A stretch of 64,000 bases of DNA from Tubulanus polymorphus (lineage: Eukaryota > Animalia > Nemertea): the NCBI RefSeq assembly GCF_964204645.1, contig NC_134028.1, positions 124,001 to 188,000 on the forward strand, given 5' to 3'. Position numbers and translations under genes: made by a program. Below the pieces are notes generated by a model. That model ran no database searches. It saw nothing but the letters and a program-made list of their open reading frames with translations, and had not been told where the DNA came from. Shown in pieces: positions 38,360-53,600 of the stretch. How positions within the stretch are numbered: position 1 is the stretch's first letter; every line of letters starts with the position of its first letter.

Positions 38360-41300
38360 CATTTCAGATCGAGTCCATCATCTTCAGGAGCATAAATAGC
38401 CAGAAAATTCTTAATCTTTCCACCTATCTATTTGAAATCAGTTCAATACGCCTTAACACATCTTTTCAGATTGAATCCATCATCTTCAGAACCAAAAGCA
38501 GCCAGAAAATTCTGATTCTTTCAACCTATCTATTTGAAATCAGTTCAGTACACCCTAACCCATCAATTAAGATAGAACTCATCATCTTTAGGACCCTATT
38601 TTGCAAGAAAAATCTGTATCTTTCAGTCCATCTGCTCGAAATCAGTTCAGTTTACCTTAACCTATCATTTCAGATCGAGTCCATCATCTTCAGGAGCATA
38701 AATAGCCATAAAATTCTTAATCTTTCCACCTATCTATTTGAAATCAGTTCAATACGCCTTAACACATCTTTTCAGATTGAATCCATCATCTTCAGAACCA
38801 AAAGCAGCCAGAAAATTCTTAATCTTTCCACCTATCTATTTGAAATCAGTTCAATACGCCTTAGCCCATCTTTTCAGATTGAGTCCATCATCTTCAGAAC
38901 CAAAGGCAGCCAGAAAATTCTGATTCTTTCCACCCATCTATTTAAAATCAGTTCAGTTCACCCTAACCCATCAATTAAGGTAGAATTCATCATCTTTAGG
39001 ACCCTATTTTGCAAGAAAAATCTGTATCTTTCAGTCCATCTACTCGAAATCAGTTCAGTCTACCTTAACCTATCATTTCAGATCGAGTCCATCATCTTCA
39101 GGAGCATAAATAGCCACGAAATTCTTAATCTTTCCACCTATCTATTTGAAATCAGTTCAATACGCCTTAACACATCTTTTCAGATTGAATCCATCATCTT
39201 CAGAACCAAAAGCAGCCAGAAAATTCTGATTCTTTCAACCTGTCTATTTGAAATCAGTTCAGTACACCCTAACCCATCATTTAAGATAGAACTCATCATC
39301 TTTAGGACCCTATTTTGCAATAAAAATCTGTGTCTTTCAGTCCATCTGCTCGAAATCAGTTCAGTTTACCTTAACCTATCATTTCAGATCGAGTCCATCA
39401 TCTTCAGGAGCATAAATAGCCAGAAAATTCTTAATCTTTCCACCTATCTATTTGAAATCAGTTCAATACGCCTTAACACATCTTTTCAGATTGAATCCAT
39501 CATCTTCAGAACCAAAAGCAGCCAGAAAATTCTTAATCTTTCAACCTATCTATTTGAAATCAGTTCAGTACACCCTAACCCATAAATTAAGATAGAATTC
39601 ATCATCTTTAGGACCCTATTTTGCAAGAAAAATCTGTATCTTTCAGTCCATCTACTCGAAATCAGTTCAGTTTACCTTAACCTATCATTTCAGATCGAGT
39701 CCATCATCTTCAGGAGCATAAATAGCCAGAAAATTCTTAATCTTTCCACCTATCTATTTGAAATCAGTTCAATACGCCTTAGCCCATCTTTTCAGATTGA
39801 GTCCATCATCTTCAGAACCAAAGGCAGCCAGAAAATTCTGATTCTTTCCACCTATCTATTTGAAATCAGTTCAGTTCACCCTAACTCATCAATTAAGATA
39901 GAATTCATCATCTTTAGGACCCTATTTTGCAAGAAAAATCTGTATCTTTCAGTCCATCTACTCGAAATCAGTTCAGTTTACCTTAACCTATCATTTCAGA
40001 TCGAGTCCATCATCTTCAGGAGCATAAATAGCCAGAAAATTCTTAATCTTTCCACCTATCTATTTGAAATCAGTTCAATACGCCTTAGCCCATCTTTTCA
40101 GATTGAGTCCATCATCTTCAGAACCAATGACAGCCAGAAAATTCTGATTCTTTCCACCTATCTATTTGAAATCAGTTCAGTTCACCCTAACTCATCAATT
40201 AAGATAGAATTCATCATCTTTAGGACCCTATTTTGCAAGAAAAATCTGTATCTTTCAGTCCATCTACTCGAAATCAGTTCAGTTTACCTTAACCTATCAT
40301 TTCAGATCGAGTCCATCATCTTCAGGAGCATAAATAACCAGAAAATTCTTAATCTTTCAACCTATCTGTTTGAAATCAGTTCAGTACACCCTAACCCATC
40401 AATTAAGATAGAATTCATCATCTTTAGGACCCTATTTTGCAAGAAAAATCTGTATCTTTCAGTCCATCTACTCGAAATCAGTTCAGTTTACCTTAACCTA
40501 TCATTTCAGATCGAGTCCATCATCTTCAGGAGCATAAATAACCAGAAAATTCTTAATCTTTCCACCTATCTATTTGAAATCAGTTCAATACGCCTTAGCC
40601 CATCTTTTCAGATTCAGTCCATCATCTTCAGAACCAAAGGCAGCCAGAAAATTCTTAATCTTTCCACCTATCTGTTTGAAATCAGTTCAGTTCACCCTAA
40701 CCCATCAATTTAGATAGAATTCATCATCTTTAGGACCCTATTTTGCAAGAAAAACCTGTATCTTTCAGTCCATCTGCTCGAAATCAGTTCAGTTTACCTT
40801 AACCTATCATTTCAGATCGAGTCCATCATCTTCAGGAGCATAAATAGCCAGAAAATTCTTAATCTTTCCACCTATCTATTTGAAATCAGTTCAATACGCC
40901 TTAACACATCTTTTCAGATTGAATCCATCATCTTCAGAACCAAAAGCAGCCAGAAAATTCTGATTCTTTCAACCTATCTATTTGAAATCAGTTCAGTACA
41001 CCCTAACCCATCAATTAAGATAGAACTCATCATCTTTAGGACCCTATTTTGCAAGAAAAATCTGTATCTTTCAGTCCATCTACTCGAAATCAGTTCAGTT
41101 TACCTTAACCTATCATTTCAGATCGAGTCCATCATCTTCAGGAGCATAAATAGCCATAAAATTCTTAATCTTTCCACCTATCTATTTGAAATCAGTTCAA
41201 TACGCCTTAACACATCTTTTCAGATTGAATCCATCATCTTCAGAACCAAAAGCAGCCAGAAAATTCTTAATCTTTCCACCTATCTATTTGAAATCAGTTC

Positions 41301-44300
41301 AATACGCCTTAGCCCATCTTTTCAGATTGAGTCCATCATCTTCAGAACCAAAGGCAGCCAGAAAATTCTGATTCTTTCCACCCATCTATTTGAAATCAGT
41401 TCAGTTCACCCTAACCCATCAATTAAGGTAGAATTCATCATCTTTAGGACCCTATTTTGCAAGAAAAATCTGTATCTTTCAGTCCATCTACTCGAAATCA
41501 GATCAGTCCACCTTAACCTATCATTTCAGATCGAGTCCATCATCTTCAGGAGCATAAATAGCCAGAAAATTCTTAATCTTTCCACCTATCTATTTGAAAT
41601 CAGTTCAATACGCCTTAGCCCATCTTTTCAGATTGAGTCCATCATCTTCAGAACCAAAGGCAGCCAGAAAATTCTGATTCTTTCAACCTATCTATTTGAA
41701 ATCAGTTCAGTTCACCCTAACTCATCAATTAAGATAGAATTCATCATCTTTAGGACCCTATTTTGCAAGAAAAATCTGTATCTTTCAGTCCATCTACTCG
41801 AAATCAGTTCAGTTTACCTTAACCTATCATTTCAGATCGAGTCCATCATCTTCAGGAGCATAAATAACCAGAAAATTCTTAATCTTTCAACCTATCTGTT
41901 TGAAATCAGTTCAGTACACCCTAACCCATCAATTAAGATAGAATTCATCATCTTTAGGACCCTATTTTGCAAGAAAAATCTGTATCTTTCAGTCCATCTA
42001 CTCGAAATCAGTTCAGTTTACCTTAACATTTCATTTCAGATCGAGTCCATCATCTTCAGGAGCATAAATAACCAGAAAATTCTTAATCTTTCCACCTATC
42101 TATTTGAAATCAGTTCAATACGCCTTAGCCCATCTTTTCAGATTCAGTCCATCATCTTCAGAACCAAAGGCAGCCAGAAAATTCTTAATCTTTCCACCTA
42201 TCTGTTTGAAATCAGTTCAGTTCACCCTAACCCATCAATTTAGATAGAATTCATCATCTTTAGGACCCTATTTTGCATGAAAAACCTGTATCTTTCAGTC
42301 CATCTGCTCGAAATCAGTTCAGTTTACCTTAACCTATCATTTCAGATCGAGTCCATCATCTTCAGGAGCATAAATAGCCAGAAAATTCTTAATCTTTCCA
42401 CCTATCTATTTGAAATCAGTTCAATACGCCTTAACACATCTTTTCAGATTGAATCCATCATCTTCAGAACCAAAAGCAGCCAGAAAATTCTGATTCTTTC
42501 AACCTATCTATTTGAAATCAGTTCAGTACACCCTAACCCATCAATTAAGATAGAACTCATCATCTTTAGGACCCTATTTTGCAAGAAAAATCTGTATCTT
42601 TCAGTCCATCTGCTCGAAATCAGTTCAGTTTACCTTAACCTATCATTTCAGATCGAGTCCATCATCTTCAGGAGCATAAATAGCCATAAAATTCTTAATC
42701 TTTCCACCTATCTATTTGAAATCAGTTCAATACGCCTTTACACATCTTTTCAGATTGAATCCATCATCTTCAGAACCAAAAGCAGCCAGAAAATTCTTAA
42801 TCTTTCCACCTATCTATTTGAAATCAGTTCAATACGCCTTAGCCCATCTTTTCAGATTGAGTCCATCATCTTCAGAACCAAAGGCAGCCAGAAAATTCTG
42901 ATTCTTTCCACCCATCTATTTGAAATCAGTTCAGTTCACCCTAACCCATCAATTAAGGTAGAATTCATCATCTTTAGGACCCTATTTTGCAAGAAAAATC
43001 TGTATCTTTCAGTCCATCTACTCGAAATCAGTTCAGTCTACCTTAACCTATCATTTCAGATCGAGTCCATCATCTTCAGGAGCATAAATAGCCACGAAAT
43101 TCTTAATCTTTCCACCTATCTATTTGAAATCAGTTCAATACGCCTTAACACATCTTTTCAGATTGAATCCATCATCTTCAGAACCAAAAGCAGCCAGAAA
43201 ATTCTGATTCTTTCAACCTGTCTATTTGAAATCAGTTCAGTACACCCTAACCCATCATTTAAGATAGAACTCATCATCTTTAGGACCCTATTTTGCAATA
43301 AAAATCTGTGTCTTTCAGTCCATCTGCTCGAAATCAGTTCAGTTTACCTTAACCTATCATTTCAGATCGAGACCATCATCTTCAGGAGCATAAATAGCCA
43401 GAAAATTCTTAATCTTTCCACCTATCTATTTGAAATCAGTTCAATACGCCTTAACACATCTTTTCAGATTGAATCCATCATCTTCAGAACCAAAAGCAGC
43501 CAGAAAATTCTTAATCTTTCAACCTATCTATTTAAAATCAGTTCAGTACACCCTAACCCATAAATTAAGATAGAATTCATCATCTTTAGGACCCTATTTT
43601 GCAAGAAAAATCTGTATCTTTCAGTCCATCTACTCGAAATCAGTTCAGTTTACCTTAACCTATCATTTCAGATCGAGTCCATCATCTTCAGGAGCATAAA
43701 TAGCCAGAAAATTCTTAATCTTTCCACCTATCTATTTGAAATCAGTTCAATACGCCTTAGCCCATCTTTTCAGATTGAGTCCATCATCTTCAGAACCAAA
43801 GGCAGCCAGAAAATTCTGATTCTTTCCACCTATCTATTTGAAATCAGTTCAGTTCACCCTAACTCATCAATTAAGATAGAATTCATCATCTTTAGGACCC
43901 TATTTTGCAAGAAAAATCTGTATCTTTCAGTCCATCTACTCGAAATCAGTTCAGTTTACCTTAACCTATCATTTCAGATCGAGTCCATCATCTTCAGGAG
44001 CATAAATAGCCAGAAAATTCTTAATCTTTCCACCTATCTATTTGAAATCAGTTCAATACGCCTTAGCCCATCTTTTCAGATTGAGTCCATCATCTTCAGA
44101 ACCAATGGCAGCCAGAAAATTCTGATTCTTTCCACCTATCTATTTGAAATCAGTTCAGTTCACCCTAACTCATCAATTAAGATAGAATTCATCATCTTTA
44201 GGACCCTATTTTGCAAGAAAAATCTGTATCTTTCAGTCCATCTACTCGAAATCAGTTCAGTTTACCTTAACCTATCATTTCAGATCGAGTCCATCATCTT

Positions 44301-47300
44301 CAGGAGCATAAATAACCAGAAAATTCTTAATCTTTCAACCTATCTGTTTGAAATCAGTTCAGTACACCCTAACCCATCAATTAAGATAGAATTCATCATC
44401 TTTAGGACCCTATTTTGCAAGAAAAATCTGTATCTTTCAGTCCATCTACTCGAAATCAGTTCAGTTTACCTTAACCTATCATTTCAGATCGAGTCCATCA
44501 TCTTCAGGAGCATAAATAACCAGAAAATTCTTAATCTTTCCACCTATCTATTTGAAATCAGTTCAATACGCCTTAGCCCATCTTTTCAGATTCAGTCCAT
44601 CATCTTCAGAACCAAAGGCAGCCAGAAAATTCTTAATCTTTCCACCTATCTGTTTGAAATCAGTTCAGTTCACCCTAACCCATCAATTTAGATAGAATTC
44701 ATCATCTTTAGGACCCTATTTTGCAAGAAAAACCTGTATCTTTCAGTCCATCTGCTCGAAATCAGTTCAGTTTACCTTAACCTATCATTTCAGATCGAGT
44801 CCATCATCTTCAGGAGCATAAATAGCCAGAAAATTCTTAATCTTTCCACCTATCTATTTGAAATCAGTTCAATACGCCTTAACACATCTTTTCAGATTGA
44901 ATCCATCATCTTCAGAACCAAAAGCAGCCAGAAAATTCTGATTCTTTCAACCTATCTATTTGAAATCAGTTCAGTACACCCTAACCCATCAATTAAGATA
45001 GAACTCATCATCTTTAGGACCCTATTTTGCAAGAAAAATCTGTATCTTTCAGTCCATCTACTCGAAATCAGTTCAGTTTACCTTAACCTATCATTTCAGA
45101 TCGAGTCCATCATCTTCAGGAGCATAAATAGCCATAAAATTCTTAATCTTTCCACCTATCTATTTGAAATCAGTTCAATACGCCTTAACACATCTTTTCA
45201 GATTGAATCCATCATCTTCAGAACCAAAAGCAGCCAGAAAATTCTTAATCTTTCCACCTATCTATTTGAAATCAGTTCAATACGCCTTAGCCCATCTTTT
45301 CAGATTGAGTCCATCATCTTCAGAACCAAAGGCAGCCAGAAAATTCTGATTCTTTCCACCCATCTATTTGAAATCAGTTCAGTTCACCCTAACCCATCAA
45401 TTAAGGTAGAATTCATCATCTTTAGGACCCTATTTTGCAAGAAAAATCTGTATCTTTCAGTCCATCTACTCGAAATCAGATCAGTCCACCTTAACCTATC
45501 ATTTCAGATCGAGTCCATCATCTTCAGGAGCATAAATAGCCAGAAAATTCTTAATCTTTCCACCTATCTATTTGAAATCAGTTCAATACGCCTTAGCCCA
45601 TCTTTTCAGATTGAGTCCATCATCTTCAGAACCAAAGGCAGCCAGAAAATTCTGATTCTTTCAACCTATCTATTTGAAATCAGTTCAGTTCACCCTAACT
45701 CATCAATTAAGATAGAATTCATCATCTTTAGGACCCTATTTTGCAAGAAAAATCTGTATCTTTCAGTCCATCTACTCGAAATCAGTTCAGTTTACCTTAA
45801 CCTATCATTTCAGATCGAGTCCATCATCTTCAGGAGCATAAATAACCAGAAAATTCTTAATCTTTCAACCTATCTGTTTGAAATCAGTTCAGTACACCCT
45901 AACCCATCAATTAAGATAGAATTCATCATCTTTAGGACCCTATTTTGCAAGAAAAATCTGTATCTTTCAGTCCATCTACTCGAAATCAGTTCAGTTTACC
46001 TTAACATTTCATTTCAGATCGAGTCCATCATCTTCAGGAGCATAAATAACCAGAAAATTCTTAATCTTTCCACCTATCTATTTGAAATCAGTTCAATACG
46101 CCTTAGCCCATCTTTTCAGATTCAGTCCATCATCTTCAGAACCAAAGGCAGCCAGAAAATTCTTAATCTTTCCACCTATCTGTTTGAAATCAGTTCAGTT
46201 CACCCTAACCCATCAATTTAGATAGAATTCATCATCTTTAGGACCCTATTTTGCATGAAAAACCTGTATCTTTCAGTCCATCTGCTCGAAATCAGTTCAG
46301 TTTACCTTAACCTATCATTTCAGATCGAGTCCATCATCTTCAGGAGCATAAATAGCCAGAAAATTCTTAATCTTTCCACCTATCTATTTGAAATCAGTTC
46401 AATACGCCTTAACACATCTTTTCAGATTGAATCCATCATCTTCAGAACCAAAAGCAGCCAGAAAATTCTGATTCTTTCAACCTATCTATTTGAAATCAGT
46501 TCAGTACACCCTAACCCATCAATTAAGATAGAACTCATCATCTTTAGGACCCTATTTTGCAAGAAAAATCTGTATCTTTCAGTCCATCTGCTCGAAATCA
46601 GTTCAGTTTACCTTAACCTATCATTTCAGATCGAGTCCATCATCTTCAGGAGCATAAATAGCCATAAAATTCTTAATCTTTCCACCTATCTATTTGAAAT
46701 CAGTTCAATACGCCTTTACACATCTTTTCAGATTGAATCCATCATCTTCAGAACCAAAAGCAGCCAGAAAATTCTTAATCTTTCCACCTATCTATTTGAA
46801 ATCAGTTCAATACGCCTTAGCCCATCTTTTCAGATTGAGTCCATCATCTTCAGAACCAAAGGCAGCCAGAAAATTCTGATTCTTTCCACCCATCTATTTG
46901 AAATCAGTTCAGTTCACCCTAACCCATCAATTAAGGTAGAATTCATCATCTTTAGGACCCTATTTTGCAAGAAAAATCTGTATCTTTCAGTCCATCTACT
47001 CGAAATCAGTTCAGTCTACCTTAACCTATCATTTCAGATCGAGTCCATCATCTTCAGGAGCACAAATAGCCACGAAATTCTTAATCTTTCCACCTATCTA
47101 TTTGAAATCAGTTCAATACGCCTTAACACATCTTTTCAGATTGAATCCATCATCTTCAGAACCAAAAGCAGCCAGAAAATTCTGATTCTTTCAACCTGTC
47201 TATTTGAAATCAGTTCAGTACACCCTAACCCATCATTTAAGATAGAACTCATCATCTTTAGGACCCTATTTTGCAATAAAAATCTGTGTCTTTCAGTCCA

Positions 47301-47625
47301 TCTGCTCGAAATCAGTTCAGTTTACCTTAACCTATCATTTCAGATCGAGTCCATCATCTTCAGGAGCATAAATAGCCAGAAAATTCTTAATCTTTCCACC
47401 TATCTATTTGAAATCAGTTCAATACGCCTTAACACATCTTTTCAGATTGAATCCATCATCTTCAGAACCAAAAGCAGCCAGAAAATTCTTAATCTTTCAA
47501 CCTATCTATTTGAAATCAGTTCAGTACACCCTAACCCATAAATTAAGATAGAATTCATCATCTTTAGGACCCTATTTTGCAAGAAAAATCTGTATCTTTC
47601 AGTCCATCTACTCGAAATCAGTTCA
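38360..47625. repeat. About 2.3 tandem iterations of a 3978-bp (39-monomer) block
   Basis: ORF starts are 41186/45164, 42277/46255 and 38738/42716/46694. The rare GATCAGTCCACC variant occurs near 41500 and 45480. A few mismatches separate the copies and boundaries are approximate. Confidence 0.85.
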
Positions 47626-50600
47626 GTTTACCCTAACCCTATCATTTCAGATCGAGTCCATCATCTTCAGGAGCATAAATAGCCAGAAAATTCTTAATCT
47701 TTCCACCTATCTATTTGAAATCAGTTCAATACGCCTTAACACATCTTTTCAGATTGAATCCATCATCTTCAGAACCAAAAGCAGCCAGAAAATTCTGATT
47801 CTTTCAACCTATCTATTTGAAATCAGTTCAGTACACCCTAACCCATCAATTAAGATAGAACTCATCATCTTTAGGACCCTATTTTGCAAGAAAAATCTGT
47901 ATCTTTCAGTCCATCTGCTCGAAATCAGTTCAGTTTACCTTAACCTATCATTTCAGATCGAGTCCATCATCTTCAGGAGCATAAATAGCCATAAAATTCT
48001 TAATCTTTCCACCTATCTATTTGAAATCAGTTCAATACGCCTTAACACATCTTTTCAGATTGAATCCATCATCTTCAGAACCAAAAGCAGCCAGAAAATT
48101 CTTAATCTTTCCACCTATCTATTTGAAATCAGTTCAATACGCCTTAGCCCATCTTTTCAGATTGAGTCCATCATCTTCAGAACCAAAGGCAGCCAGAAAA
48201 TTCTGATTCTTTCCACCCATCTATTTGAAATCAGTTCAGTTCACCCTAACCCATCAATTAAGGTAGAATTCATCATCTTTAGGACCCTATTTTGCAAGAA
48301 AAATCTGTATCTTTCAGTCCATCTACTCGAAATCAGTTCAGTCTACCTTAACCTATCATTTCAGATCGAGTCCATCATCTTCAGGAGCATAAATAGCCAC
48401 GAAATTCTTAATCTTTCCACCTATCTATTTGAAATCAGTTCAATACGCCTTAACACATCTTTTCAGATTGAATCCATCATCTTCAGAACCAAAAGCAGCC
48501 AGAAAATTCTGATTCTTTCAACCTGTCTATTTGAAATCAGTTCAGTACACCCTAACCCATCATTTAAGATAGAACTCATCATCTTTAGGACCCTATTTTG
48601 CAATAAAAATCTGTGTCTTTCAGTCCATCTGCTCGAAATCAGTTCAGTTTACCTTAACCTATCATTTCAGATCGAGTCCATCATCTTCAGGAGCATAAAT
48701 AGCCAGAAAATTCTTAATCTTTCCACCTATCTATTTGAAATCAGTTCAATACGCCTTAACACATCTTTTCAGATTGAATCCATCATCTTCAGAACCAAAA
48801 GCAGCCAGAAAATTCTTAATCTTTCAACCTATCTATTTGAAATCAGTTCAGTACACCCTAACCCATAAATTAAGATAGAATTCATCATCTTTAGGACCCT
48901 ATTTTGCAAGAAAAATCTGTATCTTTCAGTCCATCTACTCGAAATCAGTTCAGTTTACCTTAACCTATCATTTCAGATCGAGTCCATCATCTTCAGGAGC
49001 ATAAATAGCCAGAAAATTCTTAATCTTTCCACCTATCTATTTGAAATCAGTTCAATACGCCTTAGCCCATCTTTTCAGATTGAGTCCATCATCTTCAGAA
49101 CCAAAGGCAGCCAGAAAATTCTGATTCTTTCCACCTATCTATTTGAAATCAGTTCAGTTCACCCTAACTCATCAATTAAGATAGAATTCATCATCTTTAG
49201 GACCCTATTTTGCAAGAAAAATCTGTATCTTTCAGTCCATCTACTCGAAATCAGTTCAGTTTACCTTAACCTATCATTTCAGATCGAGTCCATCATCTTC
49301 AGGAGCATAAATAGCCAGAAAATTCTTAATCTTTCCACCTATCTATTTGAAATCAGTTCAATACGCCTTAGCCCATCTTTTCAGATTGAGTCCATCATCT
49401 TCAGAACCAATGGCAGCCAGAAAATTCTGATTCTTTCCACCTATCTATTTGAAATCAGTTCAGTTCACCCTAACTCATCAATTAAGATAGAATTCATCAT
49501 CTTTAGGACCCTATTTTGCAAGAAAAATCTGTATCTTTCAGTCCATCTACTCGAAATCAGTTCAGTTTACCTTAACCTATCATTTCAGATCGAGTCCATC
49601 ATCTTCAGGAGCATAAATAACCAGAAAATTCTTAATCTTTCAACCTATCTGTTTGAAATCAGTTCAGTACACCCTAACCCATCAATTAAGATAGAATTCA
49701 TCATCTTTAGGACCCTATTTTGCAAGAAAAATCTGTATCTTTCAGTCCATCTACTCGAAATCAGTTCAGTTTACCTTAACCTATCATTTCAGATCGAGTC
49801 CATCATCTTCAGGAGCATAAATAACCAGAAAATTCTTAATCTTTCCACCTATCTATTTGAAATCAGTTCAATACGCCTTAGCCCATCTTTTCAGATTCAG
49901 TCCATCATCTTCAGAACCAAAGGCAGCCAGAAAATTCTTAATCTTTCCACCTATCTGTTTGAAATCAGTTCAGTTCACCCTAACCCATCAATTTAGATAG
50001 AATTCATCATCTTTAGGACCCTATTTTGCAAGAAAAACCTGTATCTTTCAGTCCATCTGCTCGAAATCAGTTCAGTTTACCTTAACCTATCATTTCAGAT
50101 CGAGTCCATCATCTTCAGGAGCATAAATAGCCAGAAAATTCTTAATCTTTCCACCTATCTATTTGAAATCAGTTCAATACGCCTTAACACATCTTTTCAG
50201 ATTGAATCCATCATCTTCAGAACCAAAAGCAGCCAGAAAATTCTGATTCTTTCAACCTATCTATTTGAAATCAGTTCAGTACACCCTAACCCATCAATTA
50301 AGATAGAACTCATCATCTTTAGGACCCTATTTTGCAAGAAAAATCTGTATCTTTCAGTCCATCTACTCGAAATCAGTTCAGTTTACCTTAACCTATCATT
50401 TCAGATCGAGTCCATCATCTTCAGGAGCATAAATAGCCATAAAATTCTTAATCTTTCCACCTATCTATTTGAAATCAGTTCAATACGCCTTAACACATCT
50501 TTTCAGATTGAATCCATCATCTTCAGAACCAAAAGCAGCCAGAAAATTCTTAATCTTTCCACCTATCTATTTGAAATCAGTTCAATACGCCTTAGCCCAT

Positions 50601-53600
50601 CTTTTCAGATTGAGTCCATCATCTTCAGAACCAAAGGCAGCCAGAAAATTCTGATTCTTTCCACCCATCTATTTGAAATCAGTTCAGTTCACCCTAACCC
50701 ATCAATTAAGGTAGAATTCATCATCTTTAGGACCCTATTTTGCAAGAAAAATCTGTATCTTTCAGTCCATCTACTCGAAATCAGATCAGTCTACCTTAAC
50801 CTATCATTTCAGATCGAGTCCATCATCTTCAGGAGCATAAATATCCACGAAATTCTTAATCTTTCCACCTATCTATTTGAAATCAGTTCAATACGCCTTA
50901 ACACATCTTTTCAGATTGAATCCATCATCTTCAGAACCAAAAGCAGCCAGAAAATTCTGATTCTTTCAACCTGTCTATTTGAAATCAGTTCAGTACACCC
51001 TAACCCATCATTTAAGATAGAACTCATCATCTTTAGGACCCTATTTTGCAAGAAAAATCTGTATCTTTCAGTCCATCTGCTCGAAATCAGTTCAGTTTAC
51101 CTTAACCTATCATTTCAGATCGAGTCCATCATCTTCAGGAGCATAAATAGCCAGAAAATTCTTAATCTTTCCACCTATCTATTTGAAATCAGTTCAATAC
51201 GCCTTAACACATCTTTTCAGATTGAATCCATCATCTTCAGAACCAAAAGCAGCCAGAAAATTCTTAATCTTTCAACCTATCTATTTGAAATCAGTTCAGT
51301 ACACCCTAACCCATAAATTAAGATAGAATTCATCATCTTTAGGACCCTATTTTGCAAGAAAAATCTGTATCTTTCAGTCCATCTACTCGAAATCAGTTCA
51401 GTTTACCTTAACCTATCATTTCAGATCGAGTCCATCATCTTCAGGAGCATAAATAGCCAGAAAATTCTTAATCTTTCCACCTATCTATTTGAAATCAGTT
51501 CAATACGCCTTAGCCCATCTTTTCAGATTGAGTCCATCATCTTCAGAACCAAAGGCAGCCAGAAAATTCTGATTCTTTCCACCTATCTATTTGAAATCAG
51601 TTCAGTTCACCCTAACTCATCAATTAAGATAGAATTCATCATCTTTAGGACCCTATTTTGAAAGAAAAATCTGTATCTTTCAGTCCATCTACTCGAAATC
51701 AGTTCAGTTTACCTTAACCTATCATTTCAGATCGAGTTCATCATCTTCAGGAGCATAAATAGCCAGAAAATTCTTAATCTTTCCACCTATCTATTTGAAA
51801 TCAGTTCAATACGCCTTAGCCCATCTTTTCAGATTGAGTCCATCATCTTCAGAACCAAAGGCAGCCAGAAAATTCTGATTCTTTCCACCTATCTATTTGA
51901 AATCAGTTCAGTTCACCCTAACTCATCAATTAAGATAGAATTCATCATCTTTAGGACCCTATTTTGCAAGAAAAACCTGTATCTTTCAGTCCATCTGCTC
52001 GAAATCAGTTCAGTTTACCTTAACCTATCATTTCAGATCGAGTCCATCATCTTCAGGAGCATAAATAGCCAGAAAATTCTTAATCTTTCCACCTATCTAT
52101 TTGAAATCAGTTCAATACGCCTTAACACATCTTTTCAGATTGAATCCATCATCTTCAGAACCAAAAGCAGCCAGAAAATTCTGATTCTTTCAACCTATCT
52201 ATTTGAAATCAGTTCAGTACACCCTAACCCATCAATTAAGATAGAACTCATCATCTTTAGGACCCTATTTTGCAAGAAAAATCTGTATCTTTCAGTCCAT
52301 CTGCTCGAAATCAGTTCAGTTTACCTTAACCTATCATTTCAGATCGAGTCCATCATCTTCAGGAGCATAAATAGCCAGAAAATTCTTAATCTTTCCACCT
52401 ATCTATTTGAAATCAGTTCAATACGCCTTAACACATCTTTTCAGATTGAATCCATCATCTTCAGAACCAAAAGCAGCCAGAAAATTCTTAATCTTTCAAC
52501 CTATCTATTTGAAATCAGTTCAGTACACCCTAACCCATCAATTAAGATAGAATTCATCATCTTTAGGACCCTATTTTGCAAGAAAAATCTGTATCTTTCA
52601 GTCCACCTACTCGAAATCAGTTCAGTTTACCTTAACCTATCATTTCAGATCGAGTCCATCATCTTCAGGAGCATAAATAGCCAGAAAATTCTTAATCTTT
52701 CCACCTATCTATTTGAAATCAGTTCAATACGCCTTAGCCCATCTTTTCAGATTGAGTCCATCATCTTCAGAACCAAAGGCAGCCAGAAAATTCTGATTCT
52801 TTCCACCTATCTATTTGAAATCAGTTCAGTTCACCCTAACCCATCAATTAAGATAGAATTCATCATCTTTAGGACCCTATTTTGCAAGAAAAATCTGTAT
52901 CTTTCAGTCCATCTACTCGAAATCAGTTCAGTTTACCTTAACCTATCATTTCAGATCGAGTCCATCATCTTCAGGAGCATAAATAGACAGAAAATTCTTA
53001 ATCTTTCCACCTATCTATTTGAAATCAGTTCAATACGCCTTAGCCCATCTTTTCAGATTGAGTCCATCATCTTCAGAACCAAAGGCAGCCAGAAAATTCT
53101 GATTCTTTCCACCTATCTATTTGAAATCAGTTCAGTTCACCCTAACTCATCAATTAAGATAGAATTCATCATCTTTAGGACCCTATTTTGCAAGAAAAAT
53201 CTGTATCTTTCAGTCCATCTACTCGAAATCAGTTCAGTTTACCTTAACCTATCATTTCAGATCGAGTCCATCATCTTCAGGAGCATAAATAGCCAGAAAA
53301 TTCTTAATCTTTCCACCTATCTATTTGAAATCAGTTCAATACGCCTTAGCCCATCTTTTCAGATTGAGTCCATCATCTTCAGAACCAAAGGCAGCCAGAA
53401 AATTCTGATTCTTTCCACCTATCTATATGAAATCAGTTCAGTTCACCCTAACTCATCAATTAAGATAGAATTCATCATCTTTAGGACCCTATTTTGCAAG
53501 AAAAATCTGTATATTTCAGTCCATCTACTCGAAATCAGTTCAGTTTACCTTAACCTATCATTTCAGATCGAGTCCATCATCTTCAGGAGCATAAATAACC

